Translations under genes and position numbers: made by a program
Shown: piece after piece, positions 1-9,092 of the stretch
Layout: each line of letters begins with the position of its first letter
Numbering within the stretch: position 1 is the first letter of the stretch
Assembly: GCA_963719495.1 (NCBI GenBank)
Contig: CAVRCI010000016.1
Location: 1-46,275 of the forward strand
From: an uncultured Verrucomicrobiae bacterium
Lineage (GTDB): Bacteria > Verrucomicrobiota > Verrucomicrobiia > Chthoniobacterales > JAATET01
Reading direction: 5' to 3'
DNA length: 46,275 bases
Notes under the pieces: model-generated
The model's database searches: none
What the model saw: only the letters and a program-made list of their open reading frames with translations
What the model was told of the DNA's origin: nothing

Positions 1-873
1 GTTTCAATCCGCGCGCCCGTGAGGGCGCGATCCCGGTGGGAGCGAGGCCGTCTCGTCGCTCACGTTTCAATCCGCGCGCCCGTGAGGGCGCGACCTCGAA
101 CGCCTCCCGGTCACCCAACAAGCCGCTGTTTCAATCCGCGCGCCCGTGAGGGCGCGACATCCGCTCGCGATCTTTCGCTTCACGTTGTCAAAGTTTCAAT
201 CCGCGCGCCCGTGAGGGCGCGACCTCTGATGGCCATCCCGGCGGCGTCGTTTTCCGAGTTTCAATCCGCGCGCCCGTGAGGGCGCGACCAATTTCCATGT
301 CCTGCACGATCGTTGGAGTAGGGTTTCAATCCGCGCGCCCGTGAGGGCGCGACCGCGCCAGTTACCATTCACCTGCTGCGACGTCAGGTTTCAATCCGCG
401 CGCCCGTGAGGGCGCGACTCCGAGCCTCTTGCGATCGGCATCAGCCGATAGTTGTTTCAATCCGCGCGCCCGTGAGGGCGCGACCTGTCGCTTGAACCCA
501 TGTCGAATCACGAGGTCAGCGTTTCAATCCGCGCGCCCGTGAGGGCGCGACCTACGGACAGACTACACGCAGACCCAAGATTGGTGTTTCAATCCGCGCG
601 CCCGTGAGGGCGCGACCACGCTGGCGAACAGCACGCCGCCGCTGGGACTGTTTCAATCCGCGCGCCCGTGAGGGCGCGACTGAGCGAACAGGAGGCTCGC
701 GGATTCTCGTTCGTGTTTCAATCCGCGCGCCCGTGAGGGCGCGACCAGAGATCGCAGAATCGACCGGCTGAACGACTCGTTTCAATCCGCGCGCCCGTGA
801 GGGCGCGACTTCGAGTTTGCGGCGATGGTCCAGGCGTGCCGCGTTTCAATCCGCGCGCCCGTGAGGGCGCGAC
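1..873 (-). CRISPR. Type I-C CRISPR array, 14 repeats / 13 spacers
   Basis: 31-bp repeat GTTTCAATCCGCGCGCCCGTGAGGGCGCGAC starts at 1, 64, 128, 193, 258, 323, 388, 454, 521, 586, 650, 715, 779 and 843, with unique 32-36 bp spacers. The minus-strand form GTCGCGCCCTCACGGGCGCGCGGATTGAAAC has the I-C hairpin and ATTGAAAC end. The first copy has C>T at position 31 (possible trailer repeat). The array may continue beyond the window edge. Confidence 0.99.
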
Positions 874-1053
874 TGTGGGGAGGGTAACTGGTTGGGTGTC
901 AGGCTCCAGTTTCGATTTTTGCGCGAACGTTCTTTAACCCGGTTGGTTACGGGAACGTTTGCACGATTCGACTGTCAGAGAGCGTTCGCTCGCAGGGCTT
1001 TGCGGGCGTTGCGAATCCGTGAAGCGGTCGGTGATCGCTTGGGGTTCGCGGGG
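874..1053 (-). promoter_or_regulatory. CRISPR leader
   Basis: Non-coding 180 bp between the cas2 stop and the leader-proximal repeat. Contains GCGAAC.../...GTTCGC motifs of the kind seen in type I-C leaders. Confidence 0.8.
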
Positions 1054-1344
1054 TCAGATGATGAGGGATCCTTTTGGGTCGTAGGACGGTTTGGTGCCGT
1101 GATGTTCGACGCGACGGTCCCAATCCGCGCCGAGATTGTAGAAGCGGAGCGAGTCGTGCTCAAGGTCGACGATGGCGAGGAGGCGGGATCTCATTTCGAC
1201 CAGTTGCGCGGGGTTGACTTCGCATTCGAACACGGAGTTTTGCACTCGCTGACCGTAGTCGAGGCAGACTTTGGCGACGCGACGGAGGCGGCGGGCACCG
1301 CCGTCGGTGGAGGTGGCGACGTCGTAGGTGAGGAGGGTTTGCAA
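1054..1344 (-). CDS. cas2: CRISPR-associated endonuclease Cas2
   Basis: 96 aa with LLTYDV...[24 protein letters not shown]; adjacent to cas1 and the array; TTG start. Confidence 0.97.
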   Translation of the reverse strand: MQTLLTYDVATSTDGGARRLRRVAKVCLDYGQRVQNSVFECEVNPAQLVEMRSRLLAIVDLEHDSLRFYNLGADWDRRVEHHGTKPSYDPKGSLII

Positions 1345-1391
1345 GGTGGTGGTTCGTTGTTGGTTATTGGTTGTTGGTTTGACGAGGGGGA

Positions 1392-2411
1392 TCAGCGCCA
1401 GAGGAAGGCGGGGTAGGCGTCGAGGTCGCCGCGGAGGTGGCGGGAGAGGAGGCGGGCTTGGAGAAAGGGGAGGAGGCCGAGGGTGACTTTCTCGTCAAGG
1501 AAGGGGTGGGTGATTTCGTCGCGTTTGCGCTCCTGCCAAGTGGTGAGGGCGAGCTTGCGCGGGTCGTCCCGGAGTTCGACGGCGCCGGTCTCGAGGGTGC
1601 GGAAGTCTTTGGCGGTGAGCTGGCGGCGGTTGAGGAGGGTGAGGGCGGCGCGGTCGGCGAGGACGGGGCGGAATTCTTCCATGAGGTCGAGGGCGAGGGA
1701 CGGGCGTCCGGGGCGGTCGCGGTGGAGGAAGCCGACGGCGGCGTCGAGGCCGACGGATTCGAGGGCGGAGCGGCAATCGTGCGCGAGGAGGGAGTAGAAA
1801 AAGGAGAGGAGGGCGTTGACGGGGTCGGTGGGGGGTCGGCGGACGCGCCCGGGGAAGGTGATGCCGTCGGTCGTGAGGAGACTTGGGAAGGCTTCGAAGT
1901 AACGGGCAGCGGCGTCGCCTTCGATGCCGCGGAGGCTGTCGAGGTCGGGGGCGCGGAGGGCGCGCTCGGCGGCGCGGGCGAGGGTGGTGGCGGCGGTGGT
2001 GAGGGCGGCGGATTCGCCGTGATCGCGGAGGCCGCGCTGGAGGACGGTGCGGCCGTTGGCGAGTTTGGCAGCGATGATTGGGCGGGCGATCTGGAGGGAG
2101 AGGTCGGGGTCGTCGGAGGCTCGGTATTGGGCGCGGCGGAGGAGGACGTTGCCGGGGGTGAAGCCGCGGACGGCGGCGAGGAAGCGACCGTTGGGGGTGC
2201 AGAAGGAGAGGGTGACGCCGGCCTCGGCGCAGGCGGCCATGAGGGGAACGCTGGCTCCGATCTCGTAACCGAGGGCGACGATGCCGTCGAGGTTGTGGAG
2301 GGGAACGCGCAGGAGGGATTGGCCGGATTGGCGAACGTCGACGGCGGCTCCGTCCTTGGCGAGGTAGACGTCGTCGCGGGTGACGAAGAGGGTGTTGAGG
2401 TGGGTCTTCAT
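1392..2411 (-). CDS. cas1: Type I-C Cas1
   Basis: 339 aa; [63 protein letters not shown]. Confidence 0.98.
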   Translation of the reverse strand: MKTHLNTLFVTRDDVYLAKDGAAVDVRQSGQSLLRVPLHNLDGIVALGYEIGASVPLMAACAEAGVTLSFCTPNGRFLAAVRGFTPGNVLLRRAQYRASDDPDLSLQIARPIIAAKLANGRTVLQRGLRDHGESAALTTAATTLARAAERALRAPDLDSLRGIEGDAAARYFEAFPSLLTTDGITFPGRVRRPPTDPVNALLSFFYSLLAHDCRSALESVGLDAAVGFLHRDRPGRPSLALDLMEEFRPVLADRAALTLLNRRQLTAKDFRTLETGAVELRDDPRKLALTTWQERKRDEITHPFLDEKVTLGLLPFLQARLLSRHLRGDLDAYPAFLWR

Positions 2412-2588
2412 GCGGGGGGAGTTGAGAGTTCTTGGTTGAGAGTGAATGCCTTGGGATGAACGATCGACTTATGCCTCGGGGATGGGGGTCGCGTTTGCAC
2501 CATCTAGACTGAACATCGGAGGCTGGGAAGCCTCGGGGTCGACACGGGTTCGGCGGTGCCCAAGGGCCAGAGGGCGGAAGCGACCGAG

Positions 2589-3224
2589 TCAATTGACAGG
2601 ATTGACGATTAAGAGGGAGGTGGTGAGTTGGCGTTCGAACCACTTGGAGGCGGTGGGGCGCTGAGTGAGCCGGGGGAGGCAGTCGTCGATGAGGGAGCAG
2701 GCGGCGCATTTTTTCTTTTCGTAAATGGCGGGCGGGGTTTCGCGGCTACGGATCATTTGGTGGAGACGATCCGCGAGGGTTTCGGTGAGGGTGCGGAGAT
2801 CGGCGTCGAGGGCGACGGTGGTGCGGCGGCGGGTCTTGCCGTAGTAGAGGTGACCTTCGGGGATGGTGACGGTGAGCATTTCCTCGAGGCAGAGGGCCTG
2901 GGCGCAGAGTTGAACTTCGTCGGCGCGGTGGGACTTGGGTTTGCCGCGCTTGTATTCGACGGGGATGACTCGGTCGTCGCGGTGGAATTCGATGACGTCG
3001 GCTTGCCCGTGAAGGGCGAGGCGCTCGCTCCAGAGGTCGAGGCCGCGGGTGGTGCGGAGGCCGGGGCGGGATTCGGTGGGACCTTCGTGGGCGCGTTCGT
3101 GGAGGACGCGACCGGCGGCGGTGAAGAAATTCTCGGTCCAGAGGCGTTCGACGTGGATGAGGGCGCACTGGCGCTCGCAGTAGAGGAGGTGCTGGAGCGC
3201 GGAGATGGGGAGGGATTCGGTCAT
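2589..3224 (-). CDS. cas4: CRISPR-associated exonuclease Cas4
   Basis: ISALQHLLYCERQCALIH, ADVIEF, PVEYKRGK, QLCAQALCLEEM and C-terminal CAACSLIDDC Fe-S motif. Start taken at ATG 3224. Confidence 0.96.
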   Translation of the reverse strand: MTESLPISALQHLLYCERQCALIHVERLWTENFFTAAGRVLHERAHEGPTESRPGLRTTRGLDLWSERLALHGQADVIEFHRDDRVIPVEYKRGKPKSHRADEVQLCAQALCLEEMLTVTIPEGHLYYGKTRRRTTVALDADLRTLTETLADRLHQMIRSRETPPAIYEKKKCAACSLIDDCLPRLTQRPTASKWFERQLTTSLLIVNPVN

Positions 3225-3322
3225 GGTTGTCGCGCGCAAACCGCAAATGGGGCGAGGGAAATGAGGATTGACCGCGGATCTCGCAGATTTACGCGGATTG
3301 GGAATGCGGGGGGATGGGGAAG

Positions 3323-4229
3323 TTAGTCCACGGTGTAAGGATCGGGTGGCCAGCCGGTTGGGAGGCGGTCGTAGACGGCGGTGTGGGCGCGGACGGTGGC
3401 GGGTGGCTCGGCGGCGCGGGCGGCGCGTTGGGCCGCGAGGGTGTCTCGGTCGAGGTCGGCGCGAAGTCGGTCGGTTTCTCCGCGTCGTTTCCGGCGGTCT
3501 TCTTCGCGTTGGATTGCCGCGGAGGGGTCGTAGTCGGGGGCGTCCTGGTCTTCCGGTCGATCACCGAAATCGACGATGTGGATGCGGGGGAAGGCGTATT
3601 GCCAATCGGCTCCGAGGGATCTGAAGTCGCCGGAAAATGAGGGCGTAGACCGGCGTGAGGTCGGCGCGACCGCTGATGAAGGCGGTGCCCATGTAAAAGC
3701 GCAGATAGTCGGAGCGATCCCAGGAAGACCACAAGTCATCGGGGTCGTCGGGAGGCGGAGGCGTCGGGCCATATTCGAGAAAATCAGCGAGGAATCCGCC
3801 GCTGCCCCGAAACGAGCCGAGCGAGACGATGCGGCCATCGGCGGCGATGACGTCGTGGTTGTCGGAGAAAACGTCCCAGAGGCACTGGCCGAGCAGGTCG
3901 GCGAATTCGTCTTCGTCGGTTGTTGGGGGGGCTGGCGTCGCGGGTTTCGCAAGTTGGTCGGCCTCTTCATCGCGGATGAATTGCTCGAAGGACGGGGTGG
4001 GTTCTTCGATTTCGGCAGGTGCCAACTTGGAGCGGAAACCTCGCATCCGCTCGGCGAGGCGGACGTGTTCGGCGTAGCGTTGCTCAGCGGTGGGATGAAG
4101 GGCGTGGTGGAGCGGAGAGGCGGACCAGCCGTCGGGGCAGAGTTCGGCCAGGAGCGCGGGGTCGCGGAGTCCGGCGGGGAAGAGGCGGGCGAAGAAGGCA
4201 AGGGCTTCGTCGTTGGATAGCTCTTCCAT
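3323..4229 (-). CDS. Uncharacterised protein inside the cas operon (~301 aa, one frameshift near 3624)
   Basis: ORF 3561..4229 (…CLWDVFSDNHDVIAADGR…YMGTAFISGRADLTPVYALIFRR) continues as SLGADWQYAFP…GWPPDPY in the frame ending at 3323. Removing one A at 3624-3625 fuses them. Either a pseudogene or a sequencing indel. Confidence 0.75.
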
Positions 4230-4250
4230 AATGCGGGGCGGGTGGACGAG

Positions 4251-4760
4251 TCAGTCGAGGGTGAACGGCTCGGGGTTGGGTGGTTGGCGATTGGGCGTTG
4301 TGAGCGGCGAGGAGTAGCGGGCGTTGTAGAGGTAGAGCAGTGCGGCCCATCCGCTTGGCATCATGCACGGCGCATGATCGAGTTCGCGAGCGGCTTGGAT
4401 GGCGAGTTCCAGCATGGCTCGGGCGTGGAAGAAGGCTTCGAGAATCGGGCGGGTCTCGGCCAGCCAGTTCTCGTTGGATTCCATGGTGAACTCGTTACCG
4501 GTGCCTTCCGTGATGATTTGTTGAAACCAGGGATTGAGATCGCCGTCAGGATTGAAGGTGCGGAGCAACGAGACGATTTGTTCGGTGCTACGCTGGAGGC
4601 CGAAGACTTTCCAACTCTGATGATAGAAGCGGTAGAAGCCGTCTGGAAACTGCCAGTGGCCGTTGACTTCATCGAGGAGTTCCTCGAGGTCGGGAAGGCG
4701 TTCTTTAATCCGCTGAAGGAGCGGCTCGGATTCCTTGTCGATGCGCTTGGCGAGGTCCAT
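4251..4760 (-). CDS. Uncharacterised protein inside the cas operon (169 aa)
   Basis: Protein-like composition (FYRFYHQSWKVF, TRPILEAFFHAR, PSGWAALLYLYN); 9 bp downstream of cas7, same strand. Confidence 0.85.
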   Translation of the reverse strand: MDLAKRIDKESEPLLQRIKERLPDLEELLDEVNGHWQFPDGFYRFYHQSWKVFGLQRSTEQIVSLLRTFNPDGDLNPWFQQIITEGTGNEFTMESNENWLAETRPILEAFFHARAMLELAIQAARELDHAPCMMPSGWAALLYLYNARYSSPLTTPNRQPPNPEPFTLD

Positions 4761-4769
4761 GGCGGTTCG

Positions 4770-5717
4770 TCAGATTCGGCGGATCAGGGTGATGCCGTTG
4801 CCGAGGTCCTTGGATTCGCCGGATTTGACGACTTCGTCGAGCGGTTGGCCGTCGAAGGTGACGCGGCTCGCGTAGGCGGAAAATTTTCGCGGCGGCTTGC
4901 CGTCCTCAGCGGGCGAGTCTTCAAAAGATTTGATTCGGAGGCGGTCGAAGAGGGTGTGGCTGGGCGCTTTGCCGAGCTGGTTTTCGTGTTTGAAGATCAG
5001 CAAGCCGCGAGGGGCCATGCTGCCGGCGGGGCGGGCGGCGGACTGATCGAACTGGAAGGCGTTTTCGAGGGCGGTGAAGAAGAGTTCGAGATCATCCTCC
5101 GAGAATCCGGTTTGCTCGGCGAGGAAGGGATTCACGAAGCCGTGGGTCTGGTAGAGCGCGTAGGGGACGGTGAATTTGCGGCCCATTGTGCGGTTATCGC
5201 CTTGCTGGGATTCCGCTTCTTTCTCCGTGGCGACGGCCATGCGGGTGATGGCGTGTTCGTTCACGACGATGGGATCGACCGAGCGGGAGAAGCCGAGTTG
5301 AATGGGGCCGCGGACCTGGCCGCAATTGACCGCGATACTCATGACCGCGCCGAAGGTGCGGACGTCGTAGAAATTCTGACACATCCACTGGCGAGCGGCG
5401 TCGACTTCTTCCCCGCTGCCTTTTCGCTTACCGACTTTGGTTTCGCTCGGTTCTTCGCCGTCTTTTTTGATGGCTTGGTAGGCTTTCTCGTGGGAGCGGA
5501 TGAGGACGGATTTTTCCTTCACGTAGATGTCGTAACCGGCAGCGTCCTTTTTAACGACTTCGACGAAGTTGCGCACCTTGCGTTTTAAACAGACGTCGGT
5601 GATGAGGCCCTGGCCGGATTCGGTGTCGACGCGGGGGAGGTTGCCGGCGTCGGGGTCGCCGTTCGGGTTGGCGTCCTGGGCGTCGAAGAGATAGATGAAG
5701 TCGTAGCGATTATTCAT
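4770..5717 (-). CDS. cas7c: Type I-C Cas7 (Csd2)
   Basis: [59 protein letters not shown]. Confidence 0.97.
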   Translation of the reverse strand: MNNRYDFIYLFDAQDANPNGDPDAGNLPRVDTESGQGLITDVCLKRKVRNFVEVVKKDAAGYDIYVKEKSVLIRSHEKAYQAIKKDGEEPSETKVGKRKGSGEEVDAARQWMCQNFYDVRTFGAVMSIAVNCGQVRGPIQLGFSRSVDPIVVNEHAITRMAVATEKEAESQQGDNRTMGRKFTVPYALYQTHGFVNPFLAEQTGFSEDDLELFFTALENAFQFDQSAARPAGSMAPRGLLIFKHENQLGKAPSHTLFDRLRIKSFEDSPAEDGKPPRKFSAYASRVTFDGQPLDEVVKSGESKDLGNGITLIRRI

Positions 5718-5753
5718 GGTTGGTGGTGGGTGTTTGGAAGTTGAATGACGAGG

Positions 5754-7544
5754 TTAGGCGGCGGCGGGTTGGGGTTTGGCTTCCTTCTTGGTGAAGAAAT
5801 CTTTGCGCTGGTGGTAGTAGCCGAGGGCGAACTGGGATTGGTCCTGAAGATTGAGGTGAGCGGGGAAATCGCTGAGCGTTGAGAGGATTTCCTGGGTTTG
5901 CTTTTCGCGGACGATTTTGGCTCCGGTGTCCAGTTTGCCGAGGTGGTGTTGGTAGGTGCGGAGGAGTCGACCGAAGACGGCTCGCGGGGTGGCGGAGGCG
6001 CTGGCGTAGAAGCGGTCGCGAATGGTGGCGTTGATGCCGGGTAGGGCGTCTTGTTGAGCCTTCTCGAGCACGGCGAAGAGGCGACCGAGGCGGTAGCCGG
6101 GGGTGATGTTCGTTTCGTCTAGCATGGTAGTGACGGGTTGGTGGTGGTTGCGGATGAGCCAGGCTTTGAGGATGGCGGCTTTGAAGTAGGTGACATCGCG
6201 CTCGGCACGGATGCGGTTGAGAACGGCGGTGACCAGGCTGGTGGGGTAGTTCGTGCCGAGGAGAATGGCCCGCATGAGCGCACCGCCGAGGAGGGGCGGG
6301 ATTCCATCGGCTTCGCGCGCGGTCTGGCGGAGAAGCTGGTAGGAGGTGGGGTGGATGGGTTCGGGCTTTTTGGAATTCCCCTCGTCCCACTGGCGGATCA
6401 GTTGGAGGTGATCGAGGTGGCGTTTGAGGTTGCCGATGAGTTCGCCGAGATGACCGGTGTGCCAGAAGCGGACGGAGAGGCGCGAAGCGTTCGGGGAGAG
6501 ACCGAGGATGTGGTAGGAGACGGCGGGATCGCCGAGGTCGTCGCGGGCGAGGGTGCCGCGGGAGATCTTCTCGAGGACGTCGTGGACGCGTTGTTTGGTG
6601 CATTCGTCCTCCGACTCCGGCACGCCGGACATCATCCACGGGAGGAGGGTCTCCGCTGGGGTGGGTTCGGCGGTCCAGAAGACGGCGGTCGCGTCTCCGA
6701 TGCGGAACCGGCGGTCGCGCCGGGCGAGGAGCCAGTTGAGCGCGTTGCAATACGCGAAAGCGGTCTCTTCGGAGACCGGTGAGTTGAGTCCCTGTTCTTT
6801 ACCGAGCGAAGTGAAGGCTCCGAGGTTGAACGAGACGAGCTTGGCACCCGAGCTTTGCGCCCCGGCGACGCCCTTGATGGCCGGATCATGGAGGAGGGCG
6901 AGTGGCGCGTGATCGCCGGTGACGAGGCAAAATCCCTGGTCGCCTTTGGGTGACTCGGAACTTTGCTCCCGCCACCAATTCGCGATGGCTGGAGCCTGAT
7001 GGACGTATTTGAGATTTCCCGAGATTTGGAAGACTCCGAAACCGGAGGTGATTTCCGAAAGAATGGGGTGCGCCTGGGCGTCGTCGGGTGACCAGCGTTC
7101 GAGGAATCGACAGACGCTGGAAAAATCGGGATCGGAGATCCTCGTCTCGCACTCGAGGTGGCGCGTTCTAAAGGCTTCGAACGAGGCGTGGACGCGGGTC
7201 TTTTCTTTGTGGCGTTCCGACTCCGATTTCTTTGGGTCATCGGGTTTGAAGCCGAGCAGGTAGCCGGTGTTGTCCCACAGAAAGCAGGGATTGAGGCCTT
7301 GGCCGGGAGGTTTGGCCTGCCCGGGAACCAGAAGTGAGAAAGGACGGGAACTTCTCTTTTCCTTGCCGTTCTTTCCGATCTCGACGGTTTCCGTGCGGCA
7401 GGGTTGGACTTCGACGGGGGTGCCGTCCGGTTGGATGACGACGCAGAAGCTGATATTTTGAAGACTATACCCAGAGGTTGGGAGGCCGTTTTCCGGATCC
7501 GAAGAAAGCCGCCGATAGAGGTGGTCGAGGGATTGGAGGATCAT
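5754..7544 (-). CDS. cas8c: Type I-C large subunit Cas8c (Csd1)
   Basis: MILQSL start, FLWDNTGY, CLVTG, KLVSFN, LGLSPNASRLSVRFW, YRLGRLFAVLE, FALGYYHQ. Confidence 0.96.
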   Translation of the reverse strand: MILQSLDHLYRRLSSDPENGLPTSGYSLQNISFCVVIQPDGTPVEVQPCRTETVEIGKNGKEKRSSRPFSLLVPGQAKPPGQGLNPCFLWDNTGYLLGFKPDDPKKSESERHKEKTRVHASFEAFRTRHLECETRISDPDFSSVCRFLERWSPDDAQAHPILSEITSGFGVFQISGNLKYVHQAPAIANWWREQSSESPKGDQGFCLVTGDHAPLALLHDPAIKGVAGAQSSGAKLVSFNLGAFTSLGKEQGLNSPVSEETAFAYCNALNWLLARRDRRFRIGDATAVFWTAEPTPAETLLPWMMSGVPESEDECTKQRVHDVLEKISRGTLARDDLGDPAVSYHILGLSPNASRLSVRFWHTGHLGELIGNLKRHLDHLQLIRQWDEGNSKKPEPIHPTSYQLLRQTAREADGIPPLLGGALMRAILLGTNYPTSLVTAVLNRIRAERDVTYFKAAILKAWLIRNHHQPVTTMLDETNITPGYRLGRLFAVLEKAQQDALPGINATIRDRFYASASATPRAVFGRLLRTYQHHLGKLDTGAKIVREKQTQEILSTLSDFPAHLNLQDQSQFALGYYHQRKDFFTKKEAKPQPAAA

Positions 7545-7550
7545 GGCGAC

Positions 7551-8300
7551 TCAGGCTGTGGTGGTCGCCAGAGGCGGAACGGTCAGGATGCCGTTTTCGA
7601 GCTGGGCCTTGAAGAAACGGGGTTCGGCGCGGACCCGCTTGCCTTGGCCGGTGAGGAAGCTGTCCTTCGTTTTTTTGTCAGCCGGAAGGTAGGCGATGTC
7701 GTGGAGCATCCAGCCGAGGTCCTTGTCGAGTTGCTCGGGCGGAAGGGCGCTTTCCGGAGTCGGGGCGTCGGACTCGAGGAGGGTGAATCGGGCGGGGAAC
7801 TCCCGGTTGCCGAGGCTGGGTTGGTGAAAGCATTGTCCGGTGCGGGCGCGACGGTTGAACATGTCGAGGTGCTTGCCGGCGCATTCGTTGGGCGGGATCT
7901 CGGGTCCCTTTTTCTCGAATCGAAAGTCGAGGATGTCAAAGTGCGCTTCGATGAGGTAGGCGACGTCGCGCAGGAGAGTGGCGGCTCGCTGCTGACGGGT
8001 CTTCGGGTCATCGGCCATGATCCCCATGAGCGACACCGTTTCGCCCTTCATCGCCGCCGCGGTGGGGGCGGAGGCTTTGGCGCCGACTTCGTTGCGGCGG
8101 ACGTTGGTGAAGCGGATGGGTTTGAGGACGTGGATGCGGTCGATGACCCAGCGGATCTGCGGCTTCCAGTAGATGGCCTCGATCAAGCCGCGGGCGGCGG
8201 ATGGCGTGATGACGTCATACGAGACGCGTTCGACCTTCATCTCGGGCCGGGTGAAGCAGGCGAGATCGCCGCTGACGTGGAGCTTGATGCCGTAGGACAT
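7551..8300 (-). CDS. cas5: Type I-C Cas5 (Cas5d, crRNA processing)
   Basis: GDLACFTRPEMKVERVSYDVITPSAARG, GQCFHQPSLGNREF, DLGWMLHD. Confidence 0.97.
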   Translation of the reverse strand: MSYGIKLHVSGDLACFTRPEMKVERVSYDVITPSAARGLIEAIYWKPQIRWVIDRIHVLKPIRFTNVRRNEVGAKASAPTAAAMKGETVSLMGIMADDPKTRQQRAATLLRDVAYLIEAHFDILDFRFEKKGPEIPPNECAGKHLDMFNRRARTGQCFHQPSLGNREFPARFTLLESDAPTPESALPPEQLDKDLGWMLHDIAYLPADKKTKDSFLTGQGKRVRAEPRFFKAQLENGILTVPPLATTTA

Positions 8301-8313
8301 TGCTAGAATAGCA
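8301..8313. promoter_or_regulatory. Palindrome TGCTA-GAA-TAGCA: candidate overlapping divergent extended -10 elements and RHH-antitoxin operator
   Basis: Plus strand reads TG-c-TAGAAT (8301-8309) toward the antitoxin. Minus strand reads TG-c-TATTCT (8313-8305) toward cas5, 4 nt before its ATG. Confidence 0.5.
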
Positions 8314-8348
8314 TTGAATTGATGGAGGAGTGGTTGCAGTTTGCAGTC

Positions 8349-8600
8349 ATGCCGACTCTGACCATTCGCGGTCTTCCTGATGAGACGTATGCGCGACTGA
8401 AGGTGGCTTCACTTCGGCACCGGCGAAGTTTGAACCAGGAGGTCATCGCGCGGTTGGCGGGTGAAGCTGCGCCTGATGACGGCGGGAAAAAAGCGAGGAT
8501 CGAGGAGAGGCTTCGCTTGGCGGCGTCTTTTCGAGAAGGTCTGAGCACGTTTTTGAGCGCCGAGGAAATTGATCGGGCGATCGAAGACGGGCGGCGGTGA
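8349..8600 (+). CDS. FitA/Arc-like ribbon-helix-helix antitoxin
   Basis: MPTLTIRGLPDETYARLKVASLRHRRSLNQEVIARL is an RHH signature; C-terminus IDRAIEDGRR; lies upstream of a PIN gene. Confidence 0.9.
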   Translation: MPTLTIRGLPDETYARLKVASLRHRRSLNQEVIARLAGEAAPDDGGKKARIEERLRLAASFREGLSTFLSAEEIDRAIEDGRR

Positions 8601-8673
8601 TGCGGGCGCTTCGGATTGGGGGATCGATTCATCTTCCTTGTATGTATTCGAAACCAAGGAACGAGTGTCAATC

Positions 8674-9084
8674 GTGATCGTAGCTGACGTGACCGCCTTG
8701 GCGGATTTGCTCATCGGAAAAGGGTGTGAAATGCAGGCCGCCGAAGCGTTGGTGCGGGAGGATCCGGATTGGATCTCCACCAGCCTGTGGTGCCATGAGT
8801 TCGGAAACGTGATGTTGAAGGTTCATCGACACGGGGATGTTCCGATCCAAAATCCGGAGGAACGTTTCGAGTTGGCGAGACGGTCGGTTCAAGAAACGGT
8901 CGAAATCGACGCGGCCGAGGTCTGGCGGGTGTCGGTATCGTCGGGTCTGTCGTTTTACGATGCGGGTTACGTGTGGTTGGCCCGCGTACGCAAATTGAAA
9001 TTGCGGACTCGAGACCGCAGAATTCTCCAGAACTGTCCGGATGTTGCGGAACCAATGCCGCGGATCGACGCGGAGGAGCCGTAG
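8674..9084 (+). CDS. vapC: PIN-domain VapC/FitB-type toxin (136 aa)
   Basis: GTG start gives MIVADVTALADLL…LWCHEFGNV…GLSFYDAGYVWLA…LRTRDRR, with the PIN acidic residues conserved. Confidence 0.9.
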   Translation: MIVADVTALADLLIGKGCEMQAAEALVREDPDWISTSLWCHEFGNVMLKVHRHGDVPIQNPEERFELARRSVQETVEIDAAEVWRVSVSSGLSFYDAGYVWLARVRKLKLRTRDRRILQNCPDVAEPMPRIDAEEP

Positions 9085-9092
9085 GGAAGAGT

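Noticed and set aside
19..785. ORFs 19..279 (+) and 552..785 (-)
   Set aside because: Translations of CRISPR repeats and spacers.
2412..2588. cas4-cas1 gap as a possible second mini-array
   Set aside because: Contains GTCGCG and a REP-like GAGGCT-GGGA-AGCCTC stem but no repeat handle.
8569..8673. N-terminal extension of the toxin ORF in the track (171 aa)
   Set aside because: The PIN domain begins at GTG 8674 (MIVAD); the extension overlaps the antitoxin and the regulatory insert.
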